Shown: positions 1 to 10,238, numbered from the stretch's first letter. The stretch is DNA of 64,000 bases from Nannocystales bacterium (GCA_050633305.1 JBOEGF010000008.1:288001-352000); one strand, 5' to 3'. The notes: generated by a model from the letters alone, not told the origin. A program made the numbers and translations.

Positions 1-100
1 GCGACCTCGGGCTGATCCTCTACGAGGTCGAGTTCCTACCCGACGACGACTCCTGTCGTCCCGATGACGTATCCTCCCCCTTGGGGAAGCACGCACAACC

Positions 101-1888
101 ATGACGACCTACGACCTCAAGATCACTGGTGGCACTCTCATCGACGGAACCGGCGCTCCCCGGCGAGCGGGCGACCTCGGCATCAAAGATGGGCGTATCG
201 TCGACATTGGGAAGTGTGACGGCGACGCAACGGAGACCCTCGACGCCACCGGATCCATCGTCACCCCGGGGTTCGTCGACATCCACACCCACTACGACGG
301 CCAGGTCTCTTGGGATCCGGACTTGGCACCCAGCTCCATTCACGGCGTAACCACCTGCGTCATGGGGAGCTGCGGCGTCGGATTCGCGCCCTGCCGCCCC
401 GATGACCACCAGCGGCTCATCGAGTTGATGGAGGGCGTGGAGGACATCCCCGGAGTCGCACTCGCCGAGGGCCTCAGCTGGGACTGGGAGAGCTTTCCCG
501 AGTACATGGATTCGATCGACAGTTTCGCCCATACGATCGACTTCGCGGTCCAAGTGACCCACGACGCGTTGCGGGTGTTCGTGATGGGTGAACGCGCAGC
601 CCCGGGGTCCATCGCGACAGCCGAGGACATCGAGGAGATGCGACGCCTCACCCGCGAAGCATTGCTCGCCGGCGCCGTTGGATTCTCGACGGGACGCACC
701 AACAACCACCGCACCGCCCGCGGCGAAGCCACGCCCGCCTCGGAAGCCACCATCCCCGAGCTCGCTGGCATCGCCAAGGCCTTCGACGGCTTGGACTTCG
801 GCGTCCTGCAGGCGGTCAGCGACTTCGACATGGACGACAGCCGGTTCGATGAGGAGTGGGACGTGCTCGAGAAGATGCTCGATGCCGCCGGAGGTCGTCC
901 CATGTCGATTTCCTTGATGCAGCGCGACCAAGTCCACACCCAGTGGAAGCAGATCATCGAGCGCGCCGAGCAGGCCAACGCTGCAGGAAAGACCCTTCGG
1001 CTTCAGGTGGCCCCGCGCCCCATCGGCGTCCTGCTCGGCCTCGGTGCGACCTTTCACCCATTCATGGGCTACCCGGCCTATCGCGAGATCGCGACGCTCT
1101 CACTCGAAGAGCGTGTCGCCACGATGCGGGACCCGGCCTTCAAGGCCAAGCTGTTGTCGCAAGAGCACACACGGCTCTCCGGTGACGGGAGCTCGATCCC
1201 CCCACTGGCCGACCACCTGCTCGAGCGCATCAACATCGTCGCCATGCGCCTGTATCGATTGGGCGAAGAACCCAACTACGAACCAGACCCCACGACCTGC
1301 ATCGGGGTGGAGGCATCCAGCCGCAAGGTCAGTGTGCTCGAGGCGATCTATGACGCGCTGCTCGAGAACGACGGCCAGGCGCTGCTGTACTTCCCGCTGT
1401 ACAACTTCACAAGCATGAACCTGGACAACGTCCACACCATGCTCACGCACCCGCTCGCGCTGCCGGGGCTCAGCGATGGAGGTGCACACGTCGGCACGGT
1501 CTGCGATGCCAGCTTTCCCACCACCTTGCTCTCGCATTGGGGCCGAGACCGCGAGCGCGGACGCATCGAATTGGAGACGCTGATCCGCATGCAGACCCAC
1601 GATACCTCTCGTTTCGCGGGAATGACCGACCGTGGCACCCTCGAAGTGGGTAAGCGTGCTGACATCAACGTCATCGACTTCGACAACCTCAAGCTCGGCC
1701 CGCCGCGCCTCATCCACGACCTTCCCGCGGGAGGAGCCCGACTGATGCAGAACGCAACAGGGTACGTGGCCACATACGTGGCGGGTGTACGGATCACCGA
1801 GCACGGCAAGCTGACGGGCAACCGGCCGGGCCGGCTCGTACGGGTGGGTCGTTCCTCCTACGCACAGTCCCCGACGGTCGGCCGGTAG
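101..1888 (+). CDS. N-acyl-D-amino-acid deacylase-family amidohydrolase
   Basis: 595 aa ORF with PGFVDIHTHYD metal motif, SDGGAH, and C-terminal DRGTLEVGKRADINVID. Confidence 0.9.
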   Translation: MTTYDLKITGGTLIDGTGAPRRAGDLGIKDGRIVDIGKCDGDATETLDATGSIVTPGFVDIHTHYDGQVSWDPDLAPSSIHGVTTCVMGSCGVGFAPCRPDDHQRLIELMEGVEDIPGVALAEGLSWDWESFPEYMDSIDSFAHTIDFAVQVTHDALRVFVMGERAAPGSIATAEDIEEMRRLTREALLAGAVGFSTGRTNNHRTARGEATPASEATIPELAGIAKAFDGLDFGVLQAVSDFDMDDSRFDEEWDVLEKMLDAAGGRPMSISLMQRDQVHTQWKQIIERAEQANAAGKTLRLQVAPRPIGVLLGLGATFHPFMGYPAYREIATLSLEERVATMRDPAFKAKLLSQEHTRLSGDGSSIPPLADHLLERINIVAMRLYRLGEEPNYEPDPTTCIGVEASSRKVSVLEAIYDALLENDGQALLYFPLYNFTSMNLDNVHTMLTHPLALPGLSDGGAHVGTVCDASFPTTLLSHWGRDRERGRIELETLIRMQTHDTSRFAGMTDRGTLEVGKRADINVIDFDNLKLGPPRLIHDLPAGGARLMQNATGYVATYVAGVRITEHGKLTGNRPGRLVRVGRSSYAQSPTVGR

Positions 1889-1962
1889 GCGGGGAAAAAA
1901 GCGCCTGGTTTGCCCCCGGGTCATGCGGCGGATCACCGCCGCGAAAAAAACACAGGCCCGGG

Positions 1963-1991
1963 TGAATCCAACCGCAGGGGTCTGACGTCTA
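1963..1991 (+). promoter_or_regulatory. Possible ECF-sigma promoter (GAATCC-N16-CGTCTA)
   Basis: Resembles the general ECF -35/-10 layout; about 60 nt upstream of the CDS at 2050. Single instance only. Confidence 0.25.
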
Positions 1992-2049
1992 CCCCGCCGA
2001 CCGTGAACGGAGACACGTCTCCGGAGCCCGGCAGAAAGAAGTCCGATCC

Positions 2050-2598
2050 GTGAAAACGAAACTACTCGCGCTGTCCTCCATCTTCCTCCTCTCGTCTCTC
2101 ACCGCTGCAGGATGCACCGCAACGCCGGAGGCGTATCACAAGGCCTCCACCCGAGTCGGGTGCCGCGCCCTCAAGAAGTGCGAGGAAGACCTCTGGAAGG
2201 AGGCGGGCTACGACAACGTGTCCGACTGTGTCGACGAGAGTCTCAAGGTCGTCAGCGAAAGTGATTTTGCGGATCTTTGTGCCGACTATGACAAGAAGGA
2301 GGCCCGCAAGTGCCTCCGCTCTGGGCGGAAGTACAAGCGCTCCTGCGACGATGGGGACATCGATGAAGACGCGTGCGCGAAAGTCTGCGGCACGCCGACC
2401 CTCCCGGGAACAGGCGAGCTAACCCCCGAGGAAAGAGGCCGCGCAGCTGCGGAGGCCCAGTTCGCAGCCGGTGAGATCACCGAGCAGGAGCTCGATGAAG
2501 AGCTCTCGGACATCGAGTTCGAAGCAGAGCTCGCCAGCGACGAGGACGAAGCGCTTCTCCAGGCGGAGATCGACGCCGTCTTTGCCGAAGAGGACTAA
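2050..2598 (+). CDS. Cys-rich lipoprotein with highly acidic C-terminal tail
   Basis: Signal peptide and lipobox (TAAG-C); multiple Cys in the mature part; D/E-rich tail. Confidence 0.75.
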   Translation: MKTKLLALSSIFLLSSLTAAGCTATPEAYHKASTRVGCRALKKCEEDLWKEAGYDNVSDCVDESLKVVSESDFADLCADYDKKEARKCLRSGRKYKRSCDDGDIDEDACAKVCGTPTLPGTGELTPEERGRAAAEAQFAAGEITEQELDEELSDIEFEAELASDEDEALLQAEIDAVFAEED

Positions 2599-2721
2599 GC
2601 ACAACCGCCAGTGGGCGCTCCAACGCCTGCAGCAGTGCAGAAGAGGACCCGGGCCGCAAAGCGTCCGGGTCCTTGTCTCGTTGACGGGTGCGAGCCTGCA
2701 GCCACATCTAGGGACGCCCGC

Positions 2722-3135
2722 CTAGCCCTTACCGACGATCTTCGAGACGATGACGTCGCTGCTTGGAGCTGCGGTGCTGGGGTTGGTCTCGAGGGTGATG
2801 ATGACCTCGAACTTGGGGTGCGGAGTGGTGGCGTCGAGGCTTCCGACCCGGCGTTTCTCGTTGTAGTCGAGCAGGCCGACCTTGGTCGTGCCGTGACCGG
2901 GGACCCGAATCCAAACCCCGTAGGCTTTGTATTGCGGGCCAAGCCGATGGGGCGGAGCGAGGTGGTCAACCGTGACCTTGAGCTCTCGGAGCTCGTCGCG
3001 GTTCACCTTCACTTTGAGCTTTGCATGCGCCGCATGAGTCGGCGCCTTGGCATCGAGGTTGTAGCGGGCGGCGCAGCCAGTCGAGACTGCGGTGAACAGG
3101 CCGAGGGCGAGGAGGGAGGTTATTGCGCGTCGCAT
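2722..3135 (-). CDS. Lipoprotein with RskA C-terminal-like domain
   Basis: Start MRRAITSLLALG with lipobox STG-C; YGVWI...VGLL...VIITLETNPSTAAPS resembles the anti-sigma-K RskA C-terminal pattern. Confidence 0.65.
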   Translation of the reverse strand: MRRAITSLLALGLFTAVSTGCAARYNLDAKAPTHAAHAKLKVKVNRDELRELKVTVDHLAPPHRLGPQYKAYGVWIRVPGHGTTKVGLLDYNEKRRVGSLDATTPHPKFEVIITLETNPSTAAPSSDVIVSKIVGKG

Positions 3136-3178
3136 CACGTCGGGTTGGACGGACCCCACCCACTCCGCATTGAACGCT

Positions 3179-4555
3179 TCACGGTGCGTTTGCAGACCGC
3201 ACGTCGGCCGGCAACAATGCGTGCCAGTTGAACTGCGCCCCAAGCCGCGTGAGCACCGAGTAGAACCCCCACTGCAGCCGATTGATGAAGGTATAGCCCG
3301 CGGGCATGGGGGGCATTTTCGGGATTCGGGGCATTTTTCCCCCGCCGAAGATCAGCTCACGCTTTCCCTCCACCATCTGGTCGTTCATCTGCGCAACCCA
3401 CTGCGGGGTGAACTCGAACTCGCGATCGTACTGGAGCGGCTCGATCATGAACAGAAACAACTCGCGCATGAACTTGGCGACCGACGCGTCCCCGCGGTCG
3501 AACTCCAAGGCGTGTGCGAGCGCTCGCTCAAACGCAGTCCAGTCCTCAGGAAGGTCGGTCTTGCCCGCGACGATCGCCGCGGTCAAGTAGCGCCGCATGT
3601 CCTGCGCCATCGTGTCGGGGATTTCTTTGACACACCCGAAGTCGAGCAAGACCACGGTGCCGTCGTCCCGGAACAAGTAGTTCCCAGGATGTGGATCGGC
3701 GTTGAAGGTGAAGTGCACGTAGAGCGAGTCCGTCACGGCGCGCGCCAACGTCCGACCCCACCGGTTGCGGAGTTCCTGAGGTGCGTCGAGCACCTCGTCG
3801 AGACCCTTGCCCGGCTCGAACCGACTGACCAAGACCCGGGCACCGCTATGCTCGGGGTAGACCTCGGGCACAACGAGGTCCGGCACGTCGGCGTACATCT
3901 CCGCAAAGCGCTGCTGCATGCGGGCCTCTCGCTCGTAGTCGAGTTCCTCCTCCATCCGGGCCCTGATCTCCTCCAACACGTTGCCCGCGAACTGGGCATT
4001 CGCGCTCGCTCCGAGGAGCGCAAGCATCGGCTTGGCCAGTGACTTGGCGCCATCGAGGTTCGCCAGGTCGGCCCGGACCGCATCCGCGACCCCGGGGTAT
4101 TGAATCTTGATCGCGACCTCTGTCCCGTCCAGCAACGTACCCCGGTGCACCTGCCCGATCGATGCCGCCGCAAACGGAACCTCTTCGACCGAAGAAAAAT
4201 GCGTTTGCCAGTCGCCCAGAGTTTCTTCGAGGACTCCACGTGCGGCCTCCCACGGCAAACTGGGCGCGTCGCTCTGGAGCTTGGAGAGCACGCGCCGGAA
4301 CACGGGTTCGGCATCCGCGGGCAAAGCCCCGTCGATGTACGAGAGCATCTGGCCCAGTTTGAGACCCAATCCCTTGAGCTCGCCGAGCTGCTGGAGCATC
4401 TCTTCGGCAGCTCGAACATGGATGGGGTTTTCTGCCTCATCCGACGCATCCCCCCGCCCTCGCGCCCGTGAGATCGCCAGCGGCACCGCCTTGCGTGCCA
4501 TCCACACCATCTTTGAGAGGCGAGACACGCGGGAGCCGGAAACACGCCGAGCCAT
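3179..4555 (-). CDS. ABC1/AarF/UbiB-family atypical kinase
   Basis: KLGQMLS, AAASIGQVH, VAIKIQYPG, NADPHPGN and LLDFG motifs. Confidence 0.92.
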   Translation of the reverse strand: MARRVSGSRVSRLSKMVWMARKAVPLAISRARGRGDASDEAENPIHVRAAEEMLQQLGELKGLGLKLGQMLSYIDGALPADAEPVFRRVLSKLQSDAPSLPWEAARGVLEETLGDWQTHFSSVEEVPFAAASIGQVHRGTLLDGTEVAIKIQYPGVADAVRADLANLDGAKSLAKPMLALLGASANAQFAGNVLEEIRARMEEELDYEREARMQQRFAEMYADVPDLVVPEVYPEHSGARVLVSRFEPGKGLDEVLDAPQELRNRWGRTLARAVTDSLYVHFTFNADPHPGNYLFRDDGTVVLLDFGCVKEIPDTMAQDMRRYLTAAIVAGKTDLPEDWTAFERALAHALEFDRGDASVAKFMRELFLFMIEPLQYDREFEFTPQWVAQMNDQMVEGKRELIFGGGKMPRIPKMPPMPAGYTFINRLQWGFYSVLTRLGAQFNWHALLPADVRSANAP

Positions 4556-4622
4556 GTCGGACGTATACCGCCCCGTGATGACCGTGCAATGGGCGCCCTT
4601 TCGCTGCGGGTCGGGTTGCGTT

Positions 4623-6383
4623 ATGCACCGAGCCGTCATGCGCTCGATTCGCCTCGCTCGCGCGGCTGCGGTCGCGCTCTTCATTCTTCCCGCCTGTGAT
4701 CGCGATGCCGTGCCCGACCCCGGTCCGGCCAGCGCCGAGTCGCAGGCCGAGGCCGCCGCACAGGCTCCCGCAGATGAGCAGCCTGCCCACCGCAATCCAT
4801 CTTCCGGGACAGAGCAGGCCCCGTCCCCGACGGCGGCCGCCGAGGTCGAAGCGCCCAAGCCCAAGGTCAAACCCGAGGACTACGGCACCCTGCGTGCGCC
4901 CCAACCGGCGCCAGCGGATGACGAGCTGACCGTCCACGGACTGGCCGGCTTCGAGGTTGTGACCGTCTACGCCGCGCCGAACCTCGAATCCGCGCGGCTG
5001 GGACATCTGAGGATCGGACAGCGTTCGATGGTCACCCCGGCCATCCCCGACGAGGGAGAGGGCTGCAAGAAAGGGTTTCACGGTCTCCCGACCGGCGGCT
5101 ACGCGTGTGCGAGCAAGGGCCTGCTCGTCGACCCCGAGAAGGAGCCGTACATGCACATGCCGCCTCCGCCTCCGCGGGTGGACTCGCCCCACCCCTATGA
5201 CTACGCGGTGGTCGCAAAAGAAGGCACGCCGATGTGGTGGCGTACTGCAGATGCCGACGAGCGGATGCTTGCGGAGGAGAAGTACATCGCGACACTCCCG
5301 GTCGAAGAACGGCCCGCGCCGAAGCCCGCCAAGAAGGGCGATACGGGCACCACGACCAAGCCCACCAGCGACAGCCCGGACGCCAAGCTCCCCGGTCTGC
5401 TGGACGAGCCGCCGGCGGAGCTCACCCCCGAGCAGAAGGCGGAGCTCGAGCGCAAGAAGGCAGCCGCGGCCGCCCGTGCCGCCGCGCAACGCGAAGCAGC
5501 CGCCGAACGCGAGGCCGAGCTCGAACGAAAGAAGGCTCGACTGCCTCTTCGTCCGGGCAACCCCTTCATGTCCAAGGGCAACATCCTCAGTGTCGGGGAC
5601 CGCACCAAGGACAAGGGGAGACGGTGGCTTCGAACGGCGCGCGGCGGATACGTCGAGGCAGGACGGGTATACGGAAAGAAAGTCTTCGACTTCGAGGGCG
5701 CCATCCTCGAGGAGGGCGCTGACTTCCCGTTCGGTTTCGTCGACGACGACAACGCGGCCGCGTACGAACTCCAAGAGGACGGCTCTCTCAAGCGAAAGAA
5801 GAAGCTCGAGTACCGCTCCTTCGTCGACCTGGAACCCGAGCCCAAGACCATCGGCAACCGCGCCTACTATCAGACGACCGACGGGACGTGGGTCCGTGAG
5901 TCCCACGTCCGACTGGCCGTGCGTCGAGAGATGCCCGCCGACATCGACCCATGGGAGCGGTGGGTCGACGTGAGTCTCTCCAGCCAACTCCTCGTCGCAT
6001 ACGAGGGCGATCAGCCGGTGTTCACCACCCTCGTGTCCACGGGCAAGAAGGGCAACAAGGAGGAGTCCTTCCGCACCCCCAAGGGCAAGTGGCGGATCCA
6101 GAGCAAGCACATCTCGTCCTCGATGGCCGGCACGACCGCCACCGACGGCGACTACTCGATTCAGGACGTCCCCTGGACCATGTTCTTCGAGGGCAACTAC
6201 GCCCTGCACGGCGCCTTCTGGCACACCCGGTTCGGCCGTACCCGGAGCCATGGTTGCGTGAACCTGGGACCAACCGACGCTCGGTGGTTGTTCTACTGGA
6301 CAACGCCCTTCATCCCCGAGACGTGGCATGGCGTGAAATCTCAGGACGACAGCCCTGGCTCGATGGTCGTGGTGCACGAATGA
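4623..6383 (+). CDS. L,D-transpeptidase (YkuD domain) lipoprotein
   Basis: C-terminal ALHGAFWH...SHGCVNL; lipobox-like ILPA-C. Start could be 4638. Confidence 0.88.
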   Translation: MHRAVMRSIRLARAAAVALFILPACDRDAVPDPGPASAESQAEAAAQAPADEQPAHRNPSSGTEQAPSPTAAAEVEAPKPKVKPEDYGTLRAPQPAPADDELTVHGLAGFEVVTVYAAPNLESARLGHLRIGQRSMVTPAIPDEGEGCKKGFHGLPTGGYACASKGLLVDPEKEPYMHMPPPPPRVDSPHPYDYAVVAKEGTPMWWRTADADERMLAEEKYIATLPVEERPAPKPAKKGDTGTTTKPTSDSPDAKLPGLLDEPPAELTPEQKAELERKKAAAAARAAAQREAAAEREAELERKKARLPLRPGNPFMSKGNILSVGDRTKDKGRRWLRTARGGYVEAGRVYGKKVFDFEGAILEEGADFPFGFVDDDNAAAYELQEDGSLKRKKKLEYRSFVDLEPEPKTIGNRAYYQTTDGTWVRESHVRLAVRREMPADIDPWERWVDVSLSSQLLVAYEGDQPVFTTLVSTGKKGNKEESFRTPKGKWRIQSKHISSSMAGTTATDGDYSIQDVPWTMFFEGNYALHGAFWHTRFGRTRSHGCVNLGPTDARWLFYWTTPFIPETWHGVKSQDDSPGSMVVVHE

Positions 6384-7129
6384 GGCTCGGCGGGCTGGGA
6401 CTGGCGTTGCTGCTCGCCTGCGAGGCCGCCCCATCGCCCTCGCACAAGCCCTCACAGCGACCTCCGAGTGACGCAGCGCTGGGCTCGGACCTGCGCCGAC
6501 CCGAACCAGACGTCGGCAGAGCGGAGCCGCAGGTCTTCGCGCCACCCGCAGCCGACCCGGTCCTGCAGCCCCCCGTGGCCTCGCTCTGCGTCCGAATGTG
6601 TGAAACCCAGGGCCAGGCGCGGGCCATGTCTGCGGCGACGATCTCACGCGAGTGCGTGGCCCGGTGCGAGCGTGGCTCCGCCCAGGCATGTTCTGCGTCG
6701 AAGGCTCGTTCCCGCGTGGAGTCGGTCTCCATGAACCGACGTGCGCCCAAAGTCTGGGCGGAGGTGGCCAACCCGGCGTTTTACTGCGGCTACCAGGACG
6801 CGTTCACCCGCGGACTCCGGGCCGCGGAAACCCCGGACCTCGCGCTGCGCCGGAAGGCCCTCGGCGAGGCCCTCGCCGCCGACCCCTTTCCTTTAGACAC
6901 GTGTCCGACCGCCGCAGAGGTTCCGCTCGATGGCACGGCTGCCGATGCGATTGCGGCGTGCGAGCTCAGCGAGCCCTCCGCCGCATGGGATCACGACGTG
7001 GATGCCGCGAGCTACCTCGCTCGACGTGGCGTTCGGGTTCGCCTCGAGGCGGCGGGCCTCTACGCCGGCGATCGAAAAATCCTGCTCGATACGCTGCTTT
7101 TGTCGACCGCGCTCGAGCGCAAGCCGTAG
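6380..7129 (+). CDS. Hypothetical Cys-containing lipoprotein
   Basis: ATGA overlap with the upstream stop; MRLGGLGLALLLA-C signal peptide and lipobox. Confidence 0.65.
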   Translation: MRLGGLGLALLLACEAAPSPSHKPSQRPPSDAALGSDLRRPEPDVGRAEPQVFAPPAADPVLQPPVASLCVRMCETQGQARAMSAATISRECVARCERGSAQACSASKARSRVESVSMNRRAPKVWAEVANPAFYCGYQDAFTRGLRAAETPDLALRRKALGEALAADPFPLDTCPTAAEVPLDGTAADAIAACELSEPSAAWDHDVDAASYLARRGVRVRLEAAGLYAGDRKILLDTLLLSTALERKP

Positions 7130-7308
7130 CGCCGGGCCGGGCGCGATGTCGCTCAGTTCCGGTCGACTGGGTCAGCCAGCATCGCGAAGGGATGAACGCG
7201 CAAAGCTCCGGCGTAAGGTGGGCGAACGAACGCCGTTATCCGCACATCGAATACGCTGCACCACATGTCGACAAAGGTAGCCGCAGGAGCTATCACCTCT
7301 CGTTCGCG

Positions 7309-8157
7309 ATGGCTGACCGAGCACATCAGCAGCTCTTCAGCACCCAGGAAGCTCTAAGCTCCATTGGGCGCTATGGACTGCGCAAGCTTCTGGGAACAGG
7401 GGCCTCCGGTAGCGTCTATTCTGCTTTCGACCCCGAGAGCAACCAGGACGTCGCCGTCAACCTGATGCTCGTCAGCCCTGCAGCCGGACCGAACGCGGTC
7501 GCCGAACTTCGCGCCGAAGCCGAGGCCTGGGCGGCCATTGAGAACCCTTTCTTGGTGCGCATGCATGAGGTCGGCACGTACGTCGATCCACGCGAGCGCA
7601 GGCGTCAAGGCGTATACGTCGTCCGCGACCTGGTCTCGGGCATGGACATGCAGCGCTGGCTCGACGCGCTCACTCGACCCATCGCGATGTCATGGTCGCA
7701 CCTGTTGGGCATGTTCATCGACGCCGGCTCCGCCCTCGCGTCCGCCCACGGAAGAGGTCTCGTGCACGGCGGCTTCTCGCCGGCGAGCATCCTCGTTGGC
7801 TACGATGGCGGAATTCGCGTCTGTGATTTCACCTCCCGCTTGGCCAAGCCCATGGGAGACACCGACCAGTTCACCACCGTCGCCTACGCCGCCCCGGAGG
7901 TCCAGGCAGGCGGCCAGGTCGATGCGCTCTCGGACCAGTTCAGCTTTTGCGCGACGGTGTGGAGTTCGTTGCAACGCGTCGTGCAGGGCAAGATGCCTCG
8001 CCGGGTGAGCGCAGTGCTCGCACGTGGCATGGCCGAGAACCCGAGTGACCGATGGGGCTCGATGGAGCTCCTGCTGGCGGCCCTTGATAAGGCTCGCGGC
8101 GGCTTGCTTCGTCGTACGCTTGGGGCGTTCTCCTCGGCACGCCCGGCCGCGCTCTAA
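7309..8157 (+). CDS. Ser/Thr kinase-fold protein, probable pseudokinase
   Basis: LGTGASGSVY, YAAPE and SDQFSFC are present; VAxK is VAVN, HRD is HGG, DFG is DFT. Confidence 0.8.
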   Translation: MADRAHQQLFSTQEALSSIGRYGLRKLLGTGASGSVYSAFDPESNQDVAVNLMLVSPAAGPNAVAELRAEAEAWAAIENPFLVRMHEVGTYVDPRERRRQGVYVVRDLVSGMDMQRWLDALTRPIAMSWSHLLGMFIDAGSALASAHGRGLVHGGFSPASILVGYDGGIRVCDFTSRLAKPMGDTDQFTTVAYAAPEVQAGGQVDALSDQFSFCATVWSSLQRVVQGKMPRRVSAVLARGMAENPSDRWGSMELLLAALDKARGGLLRRTLGAFSSARPAAL

Positions 8158-8177
8158 GCCTTGGCATTCCTGGGCCC

Positions 8178-8219
8178 GCAGAAAAGCCCCCGGGCACCAA
8201 GGTGCTGGGGGCTTTCTGC
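8178..8219. terminator. Bidirectional intrinsic terminator-like hairpin
   Basis: gcagaaaagcccccgggcacc-aa-ggtgctgggggctttctgc between convergent genes, with A and T runs at the base. Confidence 0.7.
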
Positions 8220-8306
8220 TCGTTGTGACGTGGACTCGGCTCCGGGCGCGTGGGGCCGCGGGATTCCCCTGCGGCCCCCGTCGAATCCCGAGGACGGGAT
8301 TCAACG

Positions 8307-10238
8307 TTACTGCGGTTCGGTGCCCACGTCCGAGGGATCGATGCTCCACTCGAATCCGTCGAGCAAGACCAACGAGTCTAGGATGTTGTCCGAGACGTCG
8401 AAGATGGTCAGGTCGAGCGTCATGACTTCTCCGGGAACGACGGGAGAGCTGGTCGTCAGCCACACGGTGCCACCACCTGTGTTGCCGATCTCCATCCCGG
8501 TCCCTGCGAGGGCGCCTGCCCCGTCAGGACAGGTGTAGCAGCCGTTCGCGACACAGTTCTCGAAGAACCCGTTGTTGACGCTGACCGGGTTGTTGTTGGT
8601 GTCGAACGAGATGTTGCCATCCGCGGGGATGCCAGCTGCGCCGGAGTCGAGCAGCGCGAGATAGAAGTCGTTGTACTCGGTGCAGGCCCAAGTCCAGTAC
8701 TCGGAGGAGAAGAACCGGAAGTCATAGCTGAACGACAGCGCGTTGGTCGGCACGCGCACCGTCAGACGCAGGCGAACCGAGTCGTTGGCGCCAGCGCCCG
8801 ACTCACAAGCACCGTTGCAGCTCGCGGACGCGGGGAGGCTTCCTCCGTTGGCCGCCAAGTACCCCGCGGGGGGAGTGTCAACCCAGCCGAAGTTGGCCCC
8901 CCCGTTGGGCTGCACGTACCCCGGGTCATTGGCATCTCGCATCCAGCCCGAGGACATCCCCGCCATCGTGCTGCCCGACGTTGGACCCACCCCTCCGGTT
9001 CCGTAGTTGGTCATGACAGCGGTCGAGGAGTCCATCATCGTCGCCAGATGCCCGGCGACTGGGACGGCACCGTTGGCCGTGAGGAACTCCGCTGAGATGA
9101 CGCCCCACTTGCGGGTCTCCAGCGGCTCCGCCAGCGTCGTGAACTGGCATAGGTCCATCGCTTCGGCCATGTCGTCGGCATCAACGCCACCAAAGATCGC
9201 TGCCGCCGAACAATCCGGCGCATCGATGGCATCCGAGGTCAGCGGATCACAGTCATCATCGACGCCGTTGCCGACGAACTCGAATGCCCCAGGGTTGACC
9301 AACTCGGGGCTTCCGCAGCCAAACTCGTCTTCACAACAGTCGTTGTCGCAGTACGTCCAACCGTCGCCGTCCACGTCGATGACGTCGTCCGCTGCCCCGT
9401 TGCAGTCGTCATCGAGCAAGTTGCCGCAGACCTCGATCGCCTCGGGGAGAACGAAGCCGACACACGCACCCCACCCCGTACCGAAGGCATTGCACTGTTG
9501 GGTGCCTCCTACGCAGATTCCGACATCTTCGGTCCCCGCTGGGCCCGGGTAACACGGCTGCTCAGCATTCGGCTCGCAGGCGCACTCGATCTCGGACTCG
9601 CATCCGGCCGCACCGTCACAGTCAAAGAATCCGTCATCGCACTCGCCGACCTGGCAAGACTTCCCATCGCAGCTGACCGCTTGCTTCTCTGGAATGGCGC
9701 AGTCGTTGTCGCACCCTCCGCAGTGCAGGAGGTCGGTGTTGATGTCGACGCACTCGCCAGAACAACACTCGAATCCATCTCCACATGGGTGCATTCCGGT
9801 ACAGCCCGGCACGCACTCACTGTCCTCACAGATCGAGCCTGCGTCGCAGTCGTCGTCTCCGATGCACTCGGGCCCTGGACCGGTCGTGGCGTCCCCAGAC
9901 TCCGAGCCGCTGCCCGTCGTGGAGGTCGTACCCGAGTCCGATGGGTCGTCCGTTGCTGTCGCCGTGTCGGAGTCGGAAGCTTGTCCGGTGCTGGAGTCCC
10001 CAGCGGAGGCCGTGACGGTCGCGGAGTCGCTCACCGAACCCTGGCTGTCGGAGTCCACCGTATCAGCGGTGTCGCTCGCGGTTGCAGTGTCGCTCGCTGT
10101 CGCACTCTCGGTCGCCCCCGCGGACGAGCCATCGGTCGCCGAATCACCAAATGGCGTCGTTACATCCGAGTTGTCGCAGCCTGCGCCAAGCGCCGTACAG
10201 GCCAGCGCGATTCCAATCCATTCGATTCGGTTCATCAT
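8307..10238 (-). CDS. Cys-rich surface lipoprotein with C-terminal choice-of-anchor-L-like domain
   Basis: Lipobox GAG-C; S/T/D linker; CGNLLDDDCNG and NGVDDDCD repeats; FFSSEY...YNDF C-terminal motif. Confidence 0.8.
   Translation of the reverse strand: MMNRIEWIGIALACTALGAGCDNSDVTTPFGDSATDGSSAGATESATASDTATASDTADTVDSDSQGSVSDSATVTASAGDSSTGQASDSDTATATDDPSDSGTTSTTGSGSESGDATTGPGPECIGDDDCDAGSICEDSECVPGCTGMHPCGDGFECCSGECVDINTDLLHCGGCDNDCAIPEKQAVSCDGKSCQVGECDDGFFDCDGAAGCESEIECACEPNAEQPCYPGPAGTEDVGICVGGTQQCNAFGTGWGACVGFVLPEAIEVCGNLLDDDCNGAADDVIDVDGDGWTYCDNDCCEDEFGCGSPELVNPGAFEFVGNGVDDDCDPLTSDAIDAPDCSAAAIFGGVDADDMAEAMDLCQFTTLAEPLETRKWGVISAEFLTANGAVPVAGHLATMMDSSTAVMTNYGTGGVGPTSGSTMAGMSSGWMRDANDPGYVQPNGGANFGWVDTPPAGYLAANGGSLPASASCNGACESGAGANDSVRLRLTVRVPTNALSFSYDFRFFSSEYWTWACTEYNDFYLALLDSGAAGIPADGNISFDTNNNPVSVNNGFFENCVANGCYTCPDGAGALAGTGMEIGNTGGGTVWLTTSSPVVPGEVMTLDLTIFDVSDNILDSLVLLDGFEWSIDPSDVGTEPQ

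Noticed and set aside
1925..1950. Hairpin GCGGCGG-ATCA-CCGCCGC followed by an A run
   Set aside because: The A run is on the wrong side for an intrinsic terminator on either strand; function cannot be supported.
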